From Octopus vulgaris (Eukaryota): a stretch of 64,000 nucleotides of DNA. The number at the start of each line of letters is the position of its first letter. Position 1 is the first letter of the stretch. This document shows positions 27,770 to 40,510 of this stretch, in pieces. Below the pieces are notes generated by a model. It was not told where the DNA came from, searched no databases, and saw nothing but the letters and a program-made list of their open reading frames with translations. Location: assembly GCA_951406725.2 (NCBI GenBank), contig OX597822.1, positions 7,130,001 to 7,194,000 on the forward strand, written 5' to 3'. The position numbers were made by a program, and so were the translations under genes.

Positions 27770-28069
27770 CGTAGAAGATTGAAAAGGAACACACGAGTTG
27801 ATATGTATAACGAAAATAAGACAAAGTAGAAAATGCTAAGAAAATTTTATCATGAAGAACATTTTAGTAACGGGTTCCACCTTTGCAACTTTTTCAACTT
27901 AGAGTAAAACATGAAAAACAATTAAATTGTGGAAAAATTAAATGAAGAGTTTTTTTTTTATATTTCCATAGTTTTCCAATGCAAGAGGAATAGTCTTGTC
28001 ACTAAAATTTGAAAAGAACTAGGTCGACTATGTAAGCTGTCATAGTTAAAAAAGATTTAAAGCCAGACT

Positions 28070-28117
28070 TACCCGGATCAACTGAGATTTCGTACCGTTA
28101 GTTCTCATCGGCGAGCA
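28070..28117 (-). ncRNA. Type I hammerhead-like motif (CCGAUGA variant core)
   Basis: Minus strand reads UGCUCG-CCGAUGA-GAACU(AAC)GGUAC-GAAA-UC(UCAGUU)GA-UC^CGGGUA. Helix I has 6 bp and the triplet is AUC. Confidence 0.6.
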
Positions 28118-28564
28118 TCACTGACGCAGTGTTATAGGAAATATTCATCTCAACCAATGTGTAAGATGACCGTTTATAATGCCGCAGTAAATTTTAAAAA
28201 GGTGATCTAAGTGAATAGCAATTATTTAAATATTTATAAAGATATTATTATTTATATTAATATCAGTGGTTTAGCATGCTTAAAGAAAACCTTATACGGT
28301 ATAAAATATCAATAAATAATTAATGATACTAGCAAGCAGTGTAGCATGCTGGTACTGACCAAACCATAAGTTATCACTAAACACAAATGTGAAATACAGC
28401 AAATGAAGAAAGACCCTAAGAATAACATCTCGGTAAGGAAAAAATCGAAAACTGAAAGCCAGATCACGCTTTTTAAATTTGCTGCAGCGTTAAAAATGCT
28501 CATCGTACACAGGGTTTGAGATGAATAAATCCTATAATCCTGCCCCAACGATGCTCGCCGATGA

Positions 28565-29258
28565 AGAGAGTGACTATGTGCTCTTCTTTGCTGTGGCATC
28601 TCATGAATGAACCGTTTTGGGACCGAATGGTGACGAGAAATGGATTCTCTATAAAAATGTCAAGCGCCAAAGAAAGTGAACAGTGGGTATGGAAAGGAGA
28701 GAGAAGGTCTTCACCCACGTATGGTTTTGTTACGGCTTCGGTGCAATATCAAAGGGTTAGTTCTCTTGAACATTTAAACACAGACCAAATGATTAGAAAA
28801 GAGGTGTACTGCAAGTAGTTCCAGCGGCTTAAATCAGCGCTAGAAAAAACCAAAAAACGACCATCTTTGGTTTCAAGACGAAAGGTGGTTGTTCTTCCAC
28901 ATACAGCGTGGATGACGTTCCAAAAGCTGGAACAGTTTGAATGGGAAACGATGCGCCCACCCACATTATTCACCGCAGAATGGCCCATCTGATTATCATT
29001 TATTCCGTAGTTTTCAAAATCATTTGGCCGGAAAAATATGAATTCAGTAGACAAGGTCGGAACAGTATTGGAGGAATATTTTTCGTCACGGACAAGTGAA
29101 TTTTGGAAGAGGGGCCTTGCAAGTCAACCAGATAGTTGGAAGTGCGTTGCAGAAAATGGAGGAGTGTATATTTTACATTAGAAAAGAACTTTGTTTATCT
29201 TAACTTTGGAAAATAATGAGGTTTATAAAAAAACCGCATTATTTATAGGATGGCCCAT
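28565..29258 (+). mobile_element. Decayed mariner (Mos1/SETMAR-like) transposase, catalytic half plus 3' end
   Basis: RVTMCSSLL..NEPFWDRMVT / DEKWILYKN ... QKLEQFEWE ... PSDYHLFRSFQNHL, with frameshifts. Confidence 0.88.
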
Positions 29259-30139
29259 TATATGATTACGGCAAATCAAATTTTTAAAAATGAAAGAAAG
29301 AGAATTAGTCAATAACATCGGGCAGACTGTAAGCATATTGATAAGCTGAGACAGACTAAAATATATATACTATTAGAAAATTGTAGCTTGAAAAGCAAGT
29401 AACCGAATTACCTATCCTTATATGTTCAATTTGGCTAAAATTTCATAAGTTACTGAAGATATATCCGTTTCTTGTGGAGAATAAACATTGTACTCACAAT
29501 TTTGGATGAAAACTATAAAGAAATCAAAGAGAAACAACGTTGTTTTTCATTTGCTCTTGCTGAGACTGTATTCTGCGAGAACATATTTAATTGTCAGCAA
29601 AATTAAAAAAGATTGTGCAAAGTTTCATAAAGATGAAAATATTTGCAATTACATATCGAGTAAAGCTAAAAGAAAAGATATTGTAGTTAAGTAGCGAAGC
29701 GATTGCTCAAAAATGTTTTTTTTTCTTTCTGAAGGTAAGCCATTATCAGTAATGAAATTATTTTGATGTTATTTACATCTTACTGCTATCACACTTCTTT
29801 CAGTGCTGTACAGTGGTATCTATGAATTCGCTAAGTAACGAAAAACACAGAGCAAGGGATTTATGACATTAGATATTAACAAAATTTATATCTTCCTGTA
29901 TAGCGATAAACACTCATATTGTCAAACTACTAATCCGTTCTAACGAAGTGTATCTGCACTTTAGCATATAAAGATAAACTCCCGTTAAGGTTTTTCCTTT
30001 ACTTTCGTTTATACATACAGGCCAATATGTATTTAAGCATATAAGTTGGGGAGCTGGTCGGACATTAGCGTGCCGAGGAAAATGCAAACACACACACACA
30101 TATATACGTACATGCATGCATGTATAGGCACACACACTT

Positions 30140-30345
30140 ACTGACTCATTGACCCACACACATGCGCATAAACAAACAACAGCGAACACAGTGTAAACAA
30201 CGGGCAGGGTCAAGACTATTGAAAAGGTTACAAGACGCAACGAAAATTTTAGAAAATAAAAATAAGAAATAAGTGGAAATTTTACCGGTGAATGTGTTAA
30301 ATAATAAGGCACTAAAAGAGAATGACTCTCCCCAGACACAACAGT
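30140..30345 (+). mobile_element. (TA)n-adjacent short element carrying a UUGAAAA-core hammerhead-like motif (30216-30252)
   Basis: Reverse-complement match to 61387-61560. Motif reads CUA-UUGAAAA-G-GUUAC(AAGAC)GCAAC-GAAA-AU-UU-UAG. Confidence 0.7.
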
Positions 30346-30397
30346 ATATATATATATATACACATACATACATGCATACATATATATATATATATAT

Positions 30398-30470
<73 letters not shown>

Positions 30471-31098
30471 CATACATATATATATATATGTGGGTGGGGG
30501 AGGAATAATATATATAGAGACGTACAATAAACTAAAAACTTACACTGGGGTTTTTAATATCAGGATTTAGCTTCTTGGATGATACTACCAATAATCTCCC
30601 GTTTCGCTGTCTCCTAACCGACTTTACTTGTTCATTGTTACTGTATTCTAATGGTGATAAAGAATCTTTTATTCCGTTTGAAGTATGAGTCAAGCTTTCA
30701 TAGTAGAGGTTAACTTGGCTACATTATTATGAATGTGTTTTTGTTTCTGCGCCTGCATGGAGACCTTTATGCTAATATCTTTTACTGTTACTGTATTCAT
30801 ATCAAGTTCTGAATGCATACATACATGTATACGTACATACATACACTCATACGTACATATATACATATAAACATATATACAGTATATGAATATATGTGTG
30901 TTTGTGTGTGGGTGAGTTTATAAATAATTTTATATATAAGCGTGTGTTTCTGTCTATCCATAGGTGTGTGTATGTATATATATATATATACATACATTCA
31001 TCATAAATTCTACACATAATAAATGTGTCTTATATAAATTAATATGTATATATATATATGTATATGTATGTGTGTGCGCGTGTATACATATATGTATG

Positions 31099-31138
<40 letters not shown>

Positions 31139-31881
31139 AACACATATATGTATTTATATATATATTTATATATATGTAAGTATATGCATATATCTGTATA
31201 TAAATGTATGTGTATATGTTAATTTCTATATGGCATATTTTTATACGTACTTTTCATTATGTATGTATATGTATCTAATTGCTGTAATATACTCCTGTAA
31301 GTTTTATGCATATATATTTATATGCCAGTATTAGCTATATATATTTCAGTGACTGGCAATATATATGAAGGAATGAAGGTCACAGTAATAGAGTTAGTCA
31401 GTTTACTCCTAATTGTTTATTGAATAGATAATAGAATAGAATTAACATGGAAAGGAAATGTAAAATGTGTGCATATTTAAGAGGTATTTTACTCTTTCAG
31501 TTATTACAATGCCCATATATGGTTATTCAGTGATTTAATAAGGAGTTAAAGTCACTCTATTTCTGTTATTAAATTGATAAAACATTGAATCCTAGTGTCC
31601 CGTCATTGTAGTAGATAGATCCGGGAAAGATATGAAATTATGCAAATATGAAATAAAGTATAATGCTAATAGCAGTACATCTATGTCATTCTATTTGGAT
31701 ATCTTAAAGGAATCTTTGAGGGCCAGTTTAATGTGACGGTACGAAGAAACGAATCTTGAGTAGAAATTTTATAATCTACTATAATCTTTCAAAAGTTGAA
31801 CAACTTATCAGATATGCAATGACTAAAAGCAGCTGAATATTCAATTTAGTGAATTACAAATTGTCCATAATTGAAAAATTG

Positions 31882-32313
31882 GGATCTTTTCGGTTTGAAC
31901 GGCAGTTTTTAACATAATTTCTAGGTAACTAAAACAAATTAAACTTCGTATACTGGTAGAATGTGTTTATAAAACATCTTTTTCTCTTGGTTTTATTGAG
32001 AAAATTCTATAGTTTGTAAGATATCTGTTGTTTGTTTCTTCAATTTCTGCAGTTTCAACCAATCACTGACGTCTATTGAAGTAAAGACATTCTGTGCCGT
32101 ATGAATATGTCCCTCGTTTAAGAAACAGTTTGGGTTTATTTACATTTGTGAAGAAAAAAGATACCCTTCGCCCCACCCCTAACCCTAACCCTAACTAATC
32201 CTAACTAACCCTAACCAGACTGAAATGCAAAAGAGAGATACTAGGGTCATTATTATGAGTGACAATTTCATATGACACCGCTAGAAAAAACTGCCGTTCA
32301 AACCGAAAAGTCC
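31882..32313. mobile_element. MITE with ~29-bp TIRs and 8-bp TSD (Merlin- or hAT-like)
   Basis: TIRs ggatcttttcggtttgaacggcagttttt / aaaaactgccgttcaaaccgaaaag-tcc. TSD aaaaattg at 31874-31881 and 32314-32321. Internal (CCCTAA)n-like tract. Confidence 0.88.
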
Positions 32314-33093
32314 AAAAATTGTTTGAGGTATATTACTTTTCGAGGAAGCATATGTAACTTAAAATTTTGACTTATACTTTCCATTGAATATTCTAAGCAT
32401 ATAATTTGGTTACTGACGATGGCGACCCTTAAAACCTTTTGTGCAGTACATACATTATCTTTGTTCATTTTGCTCATATAACAGATACGTCGAACCAGTT
32501 TTCAGTGTAAAGAAATACAGTTTCATAGTGAAGCCATTATAGCTAGAGCAAACACAGTAAGGAACGTACGCAGACACTCGCATACACGCGCACTTAAACT
32601 TTTTACATACCTTGAATACGAAGAAAAAACCAACTGCAAACGAACAGCTTAAATTTTCTAGTTATTTCAACTTTAGTTGGCAGTTTCCATCCCTCATAAT
32701 TTTAGCATAACTTTAGAATTTAATCTATTTAGTTTTAGGTCAGTTGTAAGTTTGTATAATTTAATATCGCTAGATATTAAATTAAACGAGAGGAAAAATA
32801 TGCAAAAGAGACTGGATACTTGTGAGAATTTAGGCACGGGGCTTCATTAATAAATGCACGCGTATGCCTCTGAACGGCACATATATGCGTATAAGGAGCA
32901 ACGTGTAACCGCAGTTGTATATACATAGATATATATCTACACATATATATACACACACACCAGCACCGACACACATACACATATACATACACACATATAT
33001 ATATACATATATACAGGCACATATGTATATGAATACATAGATGCTAACACACACACACACATACACACACATAATTTATAATTATATACATAA

Positions 33094-33390
33094 CTAGCAG
33101 TATCGCCCGGCGTTGCTCGGGTTTGTAAGGGAAATAACTATATAAGCATTTTTAGAGAGTTACTTCCCTTATATAGTAGCAAAAATGCATTAAAAATGGG
33201 AAAATTTGATGGTAAATTATTTTAAAAATCGTTGACTCATCGTAGACGCGCGCTAATACCCAGAAGGGCTCGATATGAATCACGACTATAAGATACCCGC
33301 TTTTGGTTAAACTGCACCGCAAAATGTGGGAGTAGTTAGGAATCTAAATCGTAGGAGACAGACACACAAATTCACTTTTATATATACATA
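33094..33390 (-). mobile_element. Non-autonomous Helitron family H1
   Basis: CTAG end at 33094-33097 with hairpin cccggcgttgctcggg. Matches 1-311 and 60119-60518. Confidence 0.88.
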
Positions 33391-33537
33391 ATATCAAGGG
33401 CTTGGCTTGTGCCTCAGCACGCACTGAAAAATAGACGTCAAAAGACAATATTACCACATAAATTCTCCGAGAAAAACACACCAAATTATATGCTAGCAAC
33501 AGAAAGAAAATGAATTAAACTTTTGGTCAACCGCGTA

Positions 33538-33600
33538 CAGTATCGTGTTTCGAGCTTAAAGTAATAAAAAAGTATTACCTATTGCCCTCATCAGGATCTG
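33538..33600 (-). ncRNA. Degenerate hammerhead-like motif
   Basis: Minus strand reads CUGAUGA-GGGC..GUAAUA..UAUUAC..GCUC-GAAA-CACGAUA. Core and helix II are good; helices I and III are imperfect. Confidence 0.35.
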
Positions 33601-33837
33601 TATTCCAAATCTCTTGGTCATCATAGAAAGTTCTTGTGATAAGTATTGCAAGATTCATAGCAACTTTCTGCAAGAAAAGCTCGGTTCTTCATGAATTTGT
33701 GAAAATTAACGACACCATTCTGTAACCGCGGGAATATGTATTTGATCAAAAGATGTAACACTCACTGGTATTACACTTCCGGTCAGAATCGAGCCGGAAA
33801 TAGCGATAATTAAGGGGCTAAGCCACGCTTTCACAAC

Positions 33838-33871
<34 letters not shown>

Positions 33872-33874
<3 letters not shown>

Positions 33875-34092
33875 CCCAATGGGGGCTAAACGGAGAGGGG
33901 AAAAACAAGGACAGACAAATGGATAAAGCCGATTACATTGACCCGAGTGCGTAACTGGTACTTATTTAATCGACCCCGAAAGAATGAAAGGCAAATTCGA
34001 TCTCGGTGGAATTTGAACTCAGAACGTAGCCTCAGACGAAACACCGCTAAGCATTTCGCCTAACGTCCTAACGTTTCTCCCAGCTCGCCGCC
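33872..34092 (-). mobile_element. tRNA-derived SINE family B
   Basis: Minus strand ggcgagctgggagaaacgttagg...gcttagcgg...gagttcaaattccaccgagatcg...cctttcattctttcggggtcg. Related copies at 35380-35482 and 37735-37940. Confidence 0.85.
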
Positions 34093-34622
34093 TTATATAT
34101 AAATATATAGTGCACGCAAGCCCACGCACACACACACCCACACACACACACACACAGCCAAACTCACACACACACACACACGCGCACATAATTTTAACCA
34201 CGTTTGCCTACGGCGAATTTTAAGCCGAGCAATCGTGAAAATCCTTGCGGCCTTATCAGGCCACGCAAATCATAAAAGTTGATATAAATAAATTATTATT
34301 CAAAACAAACCAACAGCATACTACAATTAGCTATAAATAAATATAAATCATAAACATGTTGCTTCTTCGTTCATTATTGATATTAAAGTCCAGTATACAT
34401 TAATATCGGTAATGAAATTAATGACACTGATAAATCTCTAGCGTTATTCATTAATCGCAAAATTCAAATTAACATCGAATTACTAGTAAATCAAATTTCA
34501 TAAAAACAAAATCAAAACGTTTGCAATATTGTCCAATTAAATTAAATTAACACCGGTAAGTTAATATTTACATCATATTCCATAAGCTTACTTACACATC
34601 GCTATCTCATTATCTCTTTCTT

Positions 34623-34656
<34 letters not shown>

Positions 34657-34739
34657 TATGTGTGTGTGTGAATATATATACATCTGTACATGTATACATT
34701 TATATATGAGAATATATACACCCATACATACTCAGTCCC

Positions 34740-34796
<57 letters not shown>

Positions 34797-35301
34797 TGTA
34801 AATATATACATCCATGCATGCATATATATGTGTATATCTATCTACCTATTTATCTATGAATCTATTTACGTATCTATCTATCTCTCTATCTATATATATG
34901 CATGTATGAATATATATTTAATGTGTATAATTTACTTCCTGCATGCAGAAAAATGAACACGACAGATTACAATCGCAGGCCTTCGGAGACACATTCATTT
35001 CATGCTGTAAATATTCCGTTTGGACCGTTTATTTGCAAATTGACGCATGTAAGAAAGGAGTCAGCGGAAAGAAGTTACTAGGTGCATGGCATTATACGAT
35101 GTGTGCAATCCGAAGAGAGTAAGTCATATCTACAGTGAGAGGTCCGATATTTGAATGTATGAAAGTGTAATGTCGGTCTGGGGATGAGTTCGGTCACCTC
35201 CATAAAAAAAGGGGACAGTGATTTCAGTACTCTTTTGGACATATAAAAATACATTCACGCATACACACATATTCTTATGCATAAATATGTACGTATGTGT
35301 A

Positions 35302-35346
<45 letters not shown>

Positions 35347-35379
35347 AGTGACAATTTCATATGACACCGCTAGTTTTCA

Positions 35380-35478
35380 TATGACCCCGAAAGAATGAAA
35401 GGCAAAGTCGATCTCGGCGGAGTATCAACCCAAAACGTAACGGCAGACAAAATATCGCTAAGCATTTCGCCCGGCGTG

Positions 35479-35482
<4 letters not shown>
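35380..35482 (-). mobile_element. SINE family B fragment
   Basis: Matches the reverse complement of 37735-37835 (the ORF track shows the shared LARRAKCLAIF..RRDRLCLSFFRG). Confidence 0.85.
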
Positions 35483-35534
<52 letters not shown>

Positions 35535-35541
35535 TGCATAA

Positions 35542-35634
35542 ATGGCTACAGGACGTCAGCAACCCTTCAAGCAACATGAAATACGCATATATGGCTACAG
35601 GACGTCAGCAACCCTTCCAGCAACATGAAATACG
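35542..35634 (+). repeat. 50-bp tandem duplication
   Basis: atggctacaggacgtcagcaacccttc.agcaacatgaaatacg occurs twice. Confidence 0.9.
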
Positions 35635-36158
35635 AGCATTCAACGACAGTTGCTTCCATTAAATCCCAAATAAAACTTAGGATCCATGGGGAAAGGGGAG
35701 ACATACAACGAAACTAAACGAAAACAAACACGGTGGTTTGGTAGACCAGAAAGAGAAGAAAACAGTGCACGACGTGAGCAATGTTTTTGAAAAGAGAAGC
35801 AATAAAAGTAGGAGGGAAAAACGTCCGATATTTCTGAACGTTCTTCCAGGAAAACGAAGATGATCATGTGGGGAAAAGAAAAATGGACGATAGTCACGTG
35901 TGAGCAACGTGGCTGGGAGAGAGATAAAGAGAAAGACAGATACAGCGAGAGATAGAAAACGGTGAACGAGGGAAGGGTAGAAAATGGGATTAGAGAAGGT
36001 AGAAATCAGTATAGAGAAGAGAGTCGCATCAAAAAGGTGAAGATAATCTTAGTTGGCTGCGTGGCGTTCAATTAAATAAATAGTAAATAATATATAGCGC
36101 ACACACATGCACACAGCGACACACACACACATACACACGCACATACACGCACATACAC

Positions 36159-36198
<40 letters not shown>

Positions 36199-36200
36199 AC

Positions 36201-36234
<34 letters not shown>

Positions 36235-36240
36235 ATACAT

Positions 36241-36336
36241 GTATATTTATCAAAATAAGAACACGATGCAAAGGATTTAGCGGTACATATGTACCGCTAA
36301 ATCCTTTGTATCATGTTATTATTTTGATAAATATAC
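36241..36336. repeat. Palindrome with a perfect 40-bp spacerless core (36269-36308)
   Basis: caaaggatttagcggtacat|atgtaccgctaaatcctttg, extending imperfectly to gtatatttatcaaaataa / ttattttgataaatatac. Confidence 0.93.
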
Positions 36337-37206
36337 TCTATCACCTACACCACTAAACGGCATATACAGGTGCTTACAATTAACAAGCATTCACCCTGAA
36401 TTTTTTGTATATATATACATGCATATATGGATACATGACATTACCCACGTTTTAAACATGAAATACGTAAACAAACGGGTTAGATACATAATCGAGAAAA
36501 AATGGAGACCAGGACAAATAAACACAGGGAAAGGACCCTTCTTCAGTTGTTGGCTGTCTATCTACTCTTCATTGCGAGGATTTCACGACAGTTAGACTTC
36601 AAAGACATTTTCCCCCATAAATTCTAAAATAAAACTTAGGATTTATGGAGGAACTTTTTTCTCGTTGAATTTTTTAAATCATTTATTTACGTATTTCATG
36701 TTGTTTAAACTATTGGTGATGTCCTGTGAGTGTGTGAGAAAGAAGAAGTGAGACAGCATAGCGAAAGTTTTGGATGATTGTCATCCTGTATTCCCTTTGT
36801 TGCTAGCGAAATGGTATATGCCGGCTGTGTGAGCAACTGGATGTTTTAATGGTAGAACAAACAGGGGAATTCAATTAGAAAAAAAGTTCTAATTAATTTT
36901 CTCAGTAAGAATGGGAGCTAGTAAAAAATACAAACCGCATTCCAATCTATGCACCCGTCTGCATATGTGCCATTTTTCATGCGAATCCACTCGGTAGTTT
37001 GGATGTGAACCTCAAAACAAGAAAGAATACAATGATCACCCGTGTCCAATTTATATTATAGATATACATACATATATATACATATTTATTTACATATGTA
37101 ACGATATATAGATATACTCACGTTGTTACATCTAATAAAAGGTGTATGCGAGTATGTGTGTGTTTGTGTGCCTGGATGCGTATATGTGTGTCTAACACAC
37201 TCATTA

Positions 37207-37239
<33 letters not shown>

Positions 37240-37245
37240 TTATAT

Positions 37246-37276
<31 letters not shown>

Positions 37277-37335
37277 CTTTAAAGAAAATATATATATCAG
37301 AATAAAATTTATCTATACTTTTATGAAAACATCGT

Positions 37336-37458
37336 GTTCCAGGTGAGTGGATGTAATAAGTGATTCCTTCCGGTGTGCCCAACCTTAACCACTAAATATA
37401 AAGCGATTATCTCCCTTACACCGGAATAAATCACTTATTACCTCCCCTTACCTGGAAC
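37336..37458. mobile_element. Small MITE-like inverted repeat (~40-bp arms)
   Basis: gttccaggtgag..gtaataagtgatt..ttccggtgt / acaccggaa..aatcacttattac..cttacctggaac. Confidence 0.7.
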
Positions 37459-37684
37459 CCCTCTTTACACTTCATAACAAAGTCATAACATGATGTTTTC
37501 AGAAATTTGAAAAGTTAACACGAAACCGGTAATTTCTTCAAAAACTATGTCACTGTATGAACAAATTTTATAACATTCTTCTGACATAATGACTCAAATA
37601 TATTATTTAACCTTTTAAGCCTTCTTAGTTTTTCACCTTTACTGTTTTCATTCAACCACGTGCTTTCACACCAACTTTCTCACC

Positions 37685-37734
<50 letters not shown>

Positions 37735-37738
<4 letters not shown>

Positions 37739-37940
37739 CACGCCGGGCGAAATGCTTAGCGATATTTCGTCTGCCGCTACGTTCTGGGTACATACTCCGC
37801 CGAGATCGACTTTGCCTTTCATTCTTTCGGGGTCCATTAAATTAGCACCAGTTATGCAGTGGGGTCAATGTAATCGACTTAATCTCTTTGTCTGTCCTTG
37901 TATATCTCCTCTTTGTTTAGCCATCTGTGGGTAATAAAGA
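37735..37940 (+). mobile_element. SINE family B (5' end lost in (TA)n)
   Basis: ttagcacgccgggcgaaatgcttagcg...cgactttgcctttcattctttcgggg...gggtaataaagaaatag. Confidence 0.85.
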
Positions 37941-38879
37941 AATAGAAATAGATATTTATCCACTTTCTCATTTTCTAGATTATTATGGCGTGGGTTAGGA
38001 TGCGGAACTATCTTGTACTTACAAAATGAATGCCTTTTTTTATACTTTATATCTCATTTATTATTTCGTGATGTTTGTTATTCTGCTGACTCAAGTAAAC
38101 AACTTTTCTACAATGTACTCACTCACGAATTATTGATAGTGATTATTTTAATAATCACCTAATTTCTCTGTAAGGTTTTAAGGATGTTTGGGAAAGGAAA
38201 TATTTCATTAAACAAGCTGTTTATTCACCTCTTTAAGAAAGTAAAGTGAAACCACCTTACGAGAAAAATATGATGAAAGCGTTTTTTTTGATTTTTAAAT
38301 CATAAAAATTTCACTTTCTTCATAAAAAGTTTATGCTAAAAATTCGAGTATGAAAATGCAAAATATTTATATATATTAGCAGAATAAAATTTTTTAGTCG
38401 AACAGAATTGTGTTACTTTTTAAATTCGAGAAGTTTTTTTTTTTTTAATTAAAAAAATTCTGATACTGATTAACCAAGTTATTTATTCAAAGTTTATGAA
38501 TAAAATTGAGATAAATATATGATTTGCTTTCAATATAAGCAAGTGGAGTCTACAAGAGAGAAGGAGATAGTTAGAGGGGCAACAACTATAACCAGCTGCG
38601 AATGTGATATAAGAGAGGAATAATTGAATAAAAATTAATTATGGAGAATATGAACTATGAGGAAGCAAAGGACGAATTACGTTATATTAACTCCTCCAGT
38701 GTACTGCAACCTACATTCTTCACAGGATTTCCACTTCAAAACATAAGACCTTATCTTACTTTTACAAAATGGGGTATATAATGGGGAAAAGGTGCAACAA
38801 GCGAAAAGCCTTGGATATCATAAGAAGCAGATACACAAGAACGGCATATACTGGATATTTTCTATTAACCTATAATCTA

Positions 38880-39418
38880 TTGGGTTGTCCGGAAAGTTCG
38901 TGCCGATTTTTAAAGGAAAGAAAAAGGTCAATAAATACTTGCCATTACCTTTTTAATCAACCAAATATGAAGCATTTTGTTGCTCAATGCGTCTCCATCT
39001 TTCCTTTGACTTGAAAATAATCTCTTCCCAGAATTGAGGTGGTTTCATAGCAAAGAATTCATCAAGGTATCTTTTTACGTCATCCAAGGAATTGAAATTT
39101 TTACCTATAACACTATTCTGAAGAGACCTAAATAAGTGGAAATCCGAAGGAGCAATCTCTGGTGAATATAGTGGGTGGGGTAACACATCCCAGCAGAGCT
39201 GCAGCAATTTTTGTCTGGTTCCCAAAGCATCAAGTGCCGAAAATGAACTTTCTTATCTTCCATTTTCAAGGCTTACAGAATTAACACAGGTTATAGGAAC
39301 ATAAACCTTCTTCCACAAAAAGTTGTAGTCAAATCCTATTCTATGGATTCAACCATGTTCTAAAATAAGTCGAAAGTTAAGCTAGTATAAATCGGCACAA
39401 ACTTTCCGGACAAGCCAA
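38880..39418 (-). mobile_element. Mariner internal-deletion derivative (MITE) with TIRs and TA TSD
   Basis: TIRs ttgggttgtccggaaagttcgtgccgattt / aaatcggcacaaactttccggacaagccaa, flanked by TA. Encodes HPLYSPEIAPSDFHLFRSLQN. Confidence 0.93.
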
Positions 39419-39999
39419 TATATTAGCACTTATTGTTAATATTCTCAAATGGATTTAATGTCATCAAATTTGTCTCTTATATGAATCAAAGTAATTTGTT
39501 AGCAATCCCACAATTCAAAGAGATTTTGCCCAAAGCTAACTTATAATTTTTTCGCATTAAGTACGCGAGTTTTCAGATTTTTGGGCTTCACGTGTGATGT
39601 TGCAAGTTGCTCCAATTTTACGTGTATATTGCAATGAACAGACGCGAACATAATTGAATACTTGTATTGTATAATTCATTGAACATCCACTGGTTGCTGG
39701 TAGCTATGTTACAAATCTAGAATCGAGTTCAGTGTAACAATTTTACATAATAATGATTATTAATGCTCACGATGCCTGAAAAGCTGATTTGACATTATGC
39801 ATAAAATCTTTCCTACTTCTGACTGGAAGGTGGCGAAAGGAAACTTGGCGTTACTTCTGCTATACGTGGCCGCATTCTGCTTCCTTATGGTGAGAGAGAA
39901 CGGTACACGAGTCTCACGGACATTGGAAATATTCCATTTTACTGGCTCTAAGACAATTAAAGTCAAAATATTCTTTTCTGCTATGGGCAGAAATCATGG

Positions 40000-40510
40000 G
40001 TGTGGAGCGGGGCAATTGCATTACTGTGAACCCAGGGATTGACCGGTACTTACATCATCGTCCCCGAAAGGATGAAAGACGGACAAAATGCTGCTAAACA
40101 TTTTGTCCGTTGTGCTAACCATTCTGCTATTGGCCTGAAATCTGGGGAGGGCATTAGTTGATTACACGATAACAGTACTCAGCTGGTACATATTTTATCG
40201 AGCTTAAATGGATGATAGGCAAAGTCGACATCGGCAGAATTTGAACTGAGAACGTGAAGATGGACGAAATACCGTCAAGCATTTCGTCAGGCGTGCTAGC
40301 GAAGCGAAGTTCAAACAATATTTTATATTAAAGGCACAAGGCCTGAAATCTTGGAGGAGGAAGCTAGTCAATCACATTATTTCACTGATATTTAATTTAT
40401 GGATACCGAAAGACTTAAAAGCAAAACAACCCTCAATGGAATTAGATACCAAATGAAATACCACCAAGCATTTCGCTCGGCGTGTTAACGATTCTGCCAG
40501 CTCGCCGGCT
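40000..40510 (-). mobile_element. Cluster of about 3 older SINE family B copies
   Basis: Repeated 'gtcgac..cggcagaatttgaact' and 'aagcatttcg..cggcgtgttaacgattctgccagctcgcc' segments. Confidence 0.7.

Noticed and set aside
34215-34266. Minus-strand CTGATAA-ggccg..cggct-AAAA motif
   Set aside because: Two core substitutions and no helix III, so not supportable.
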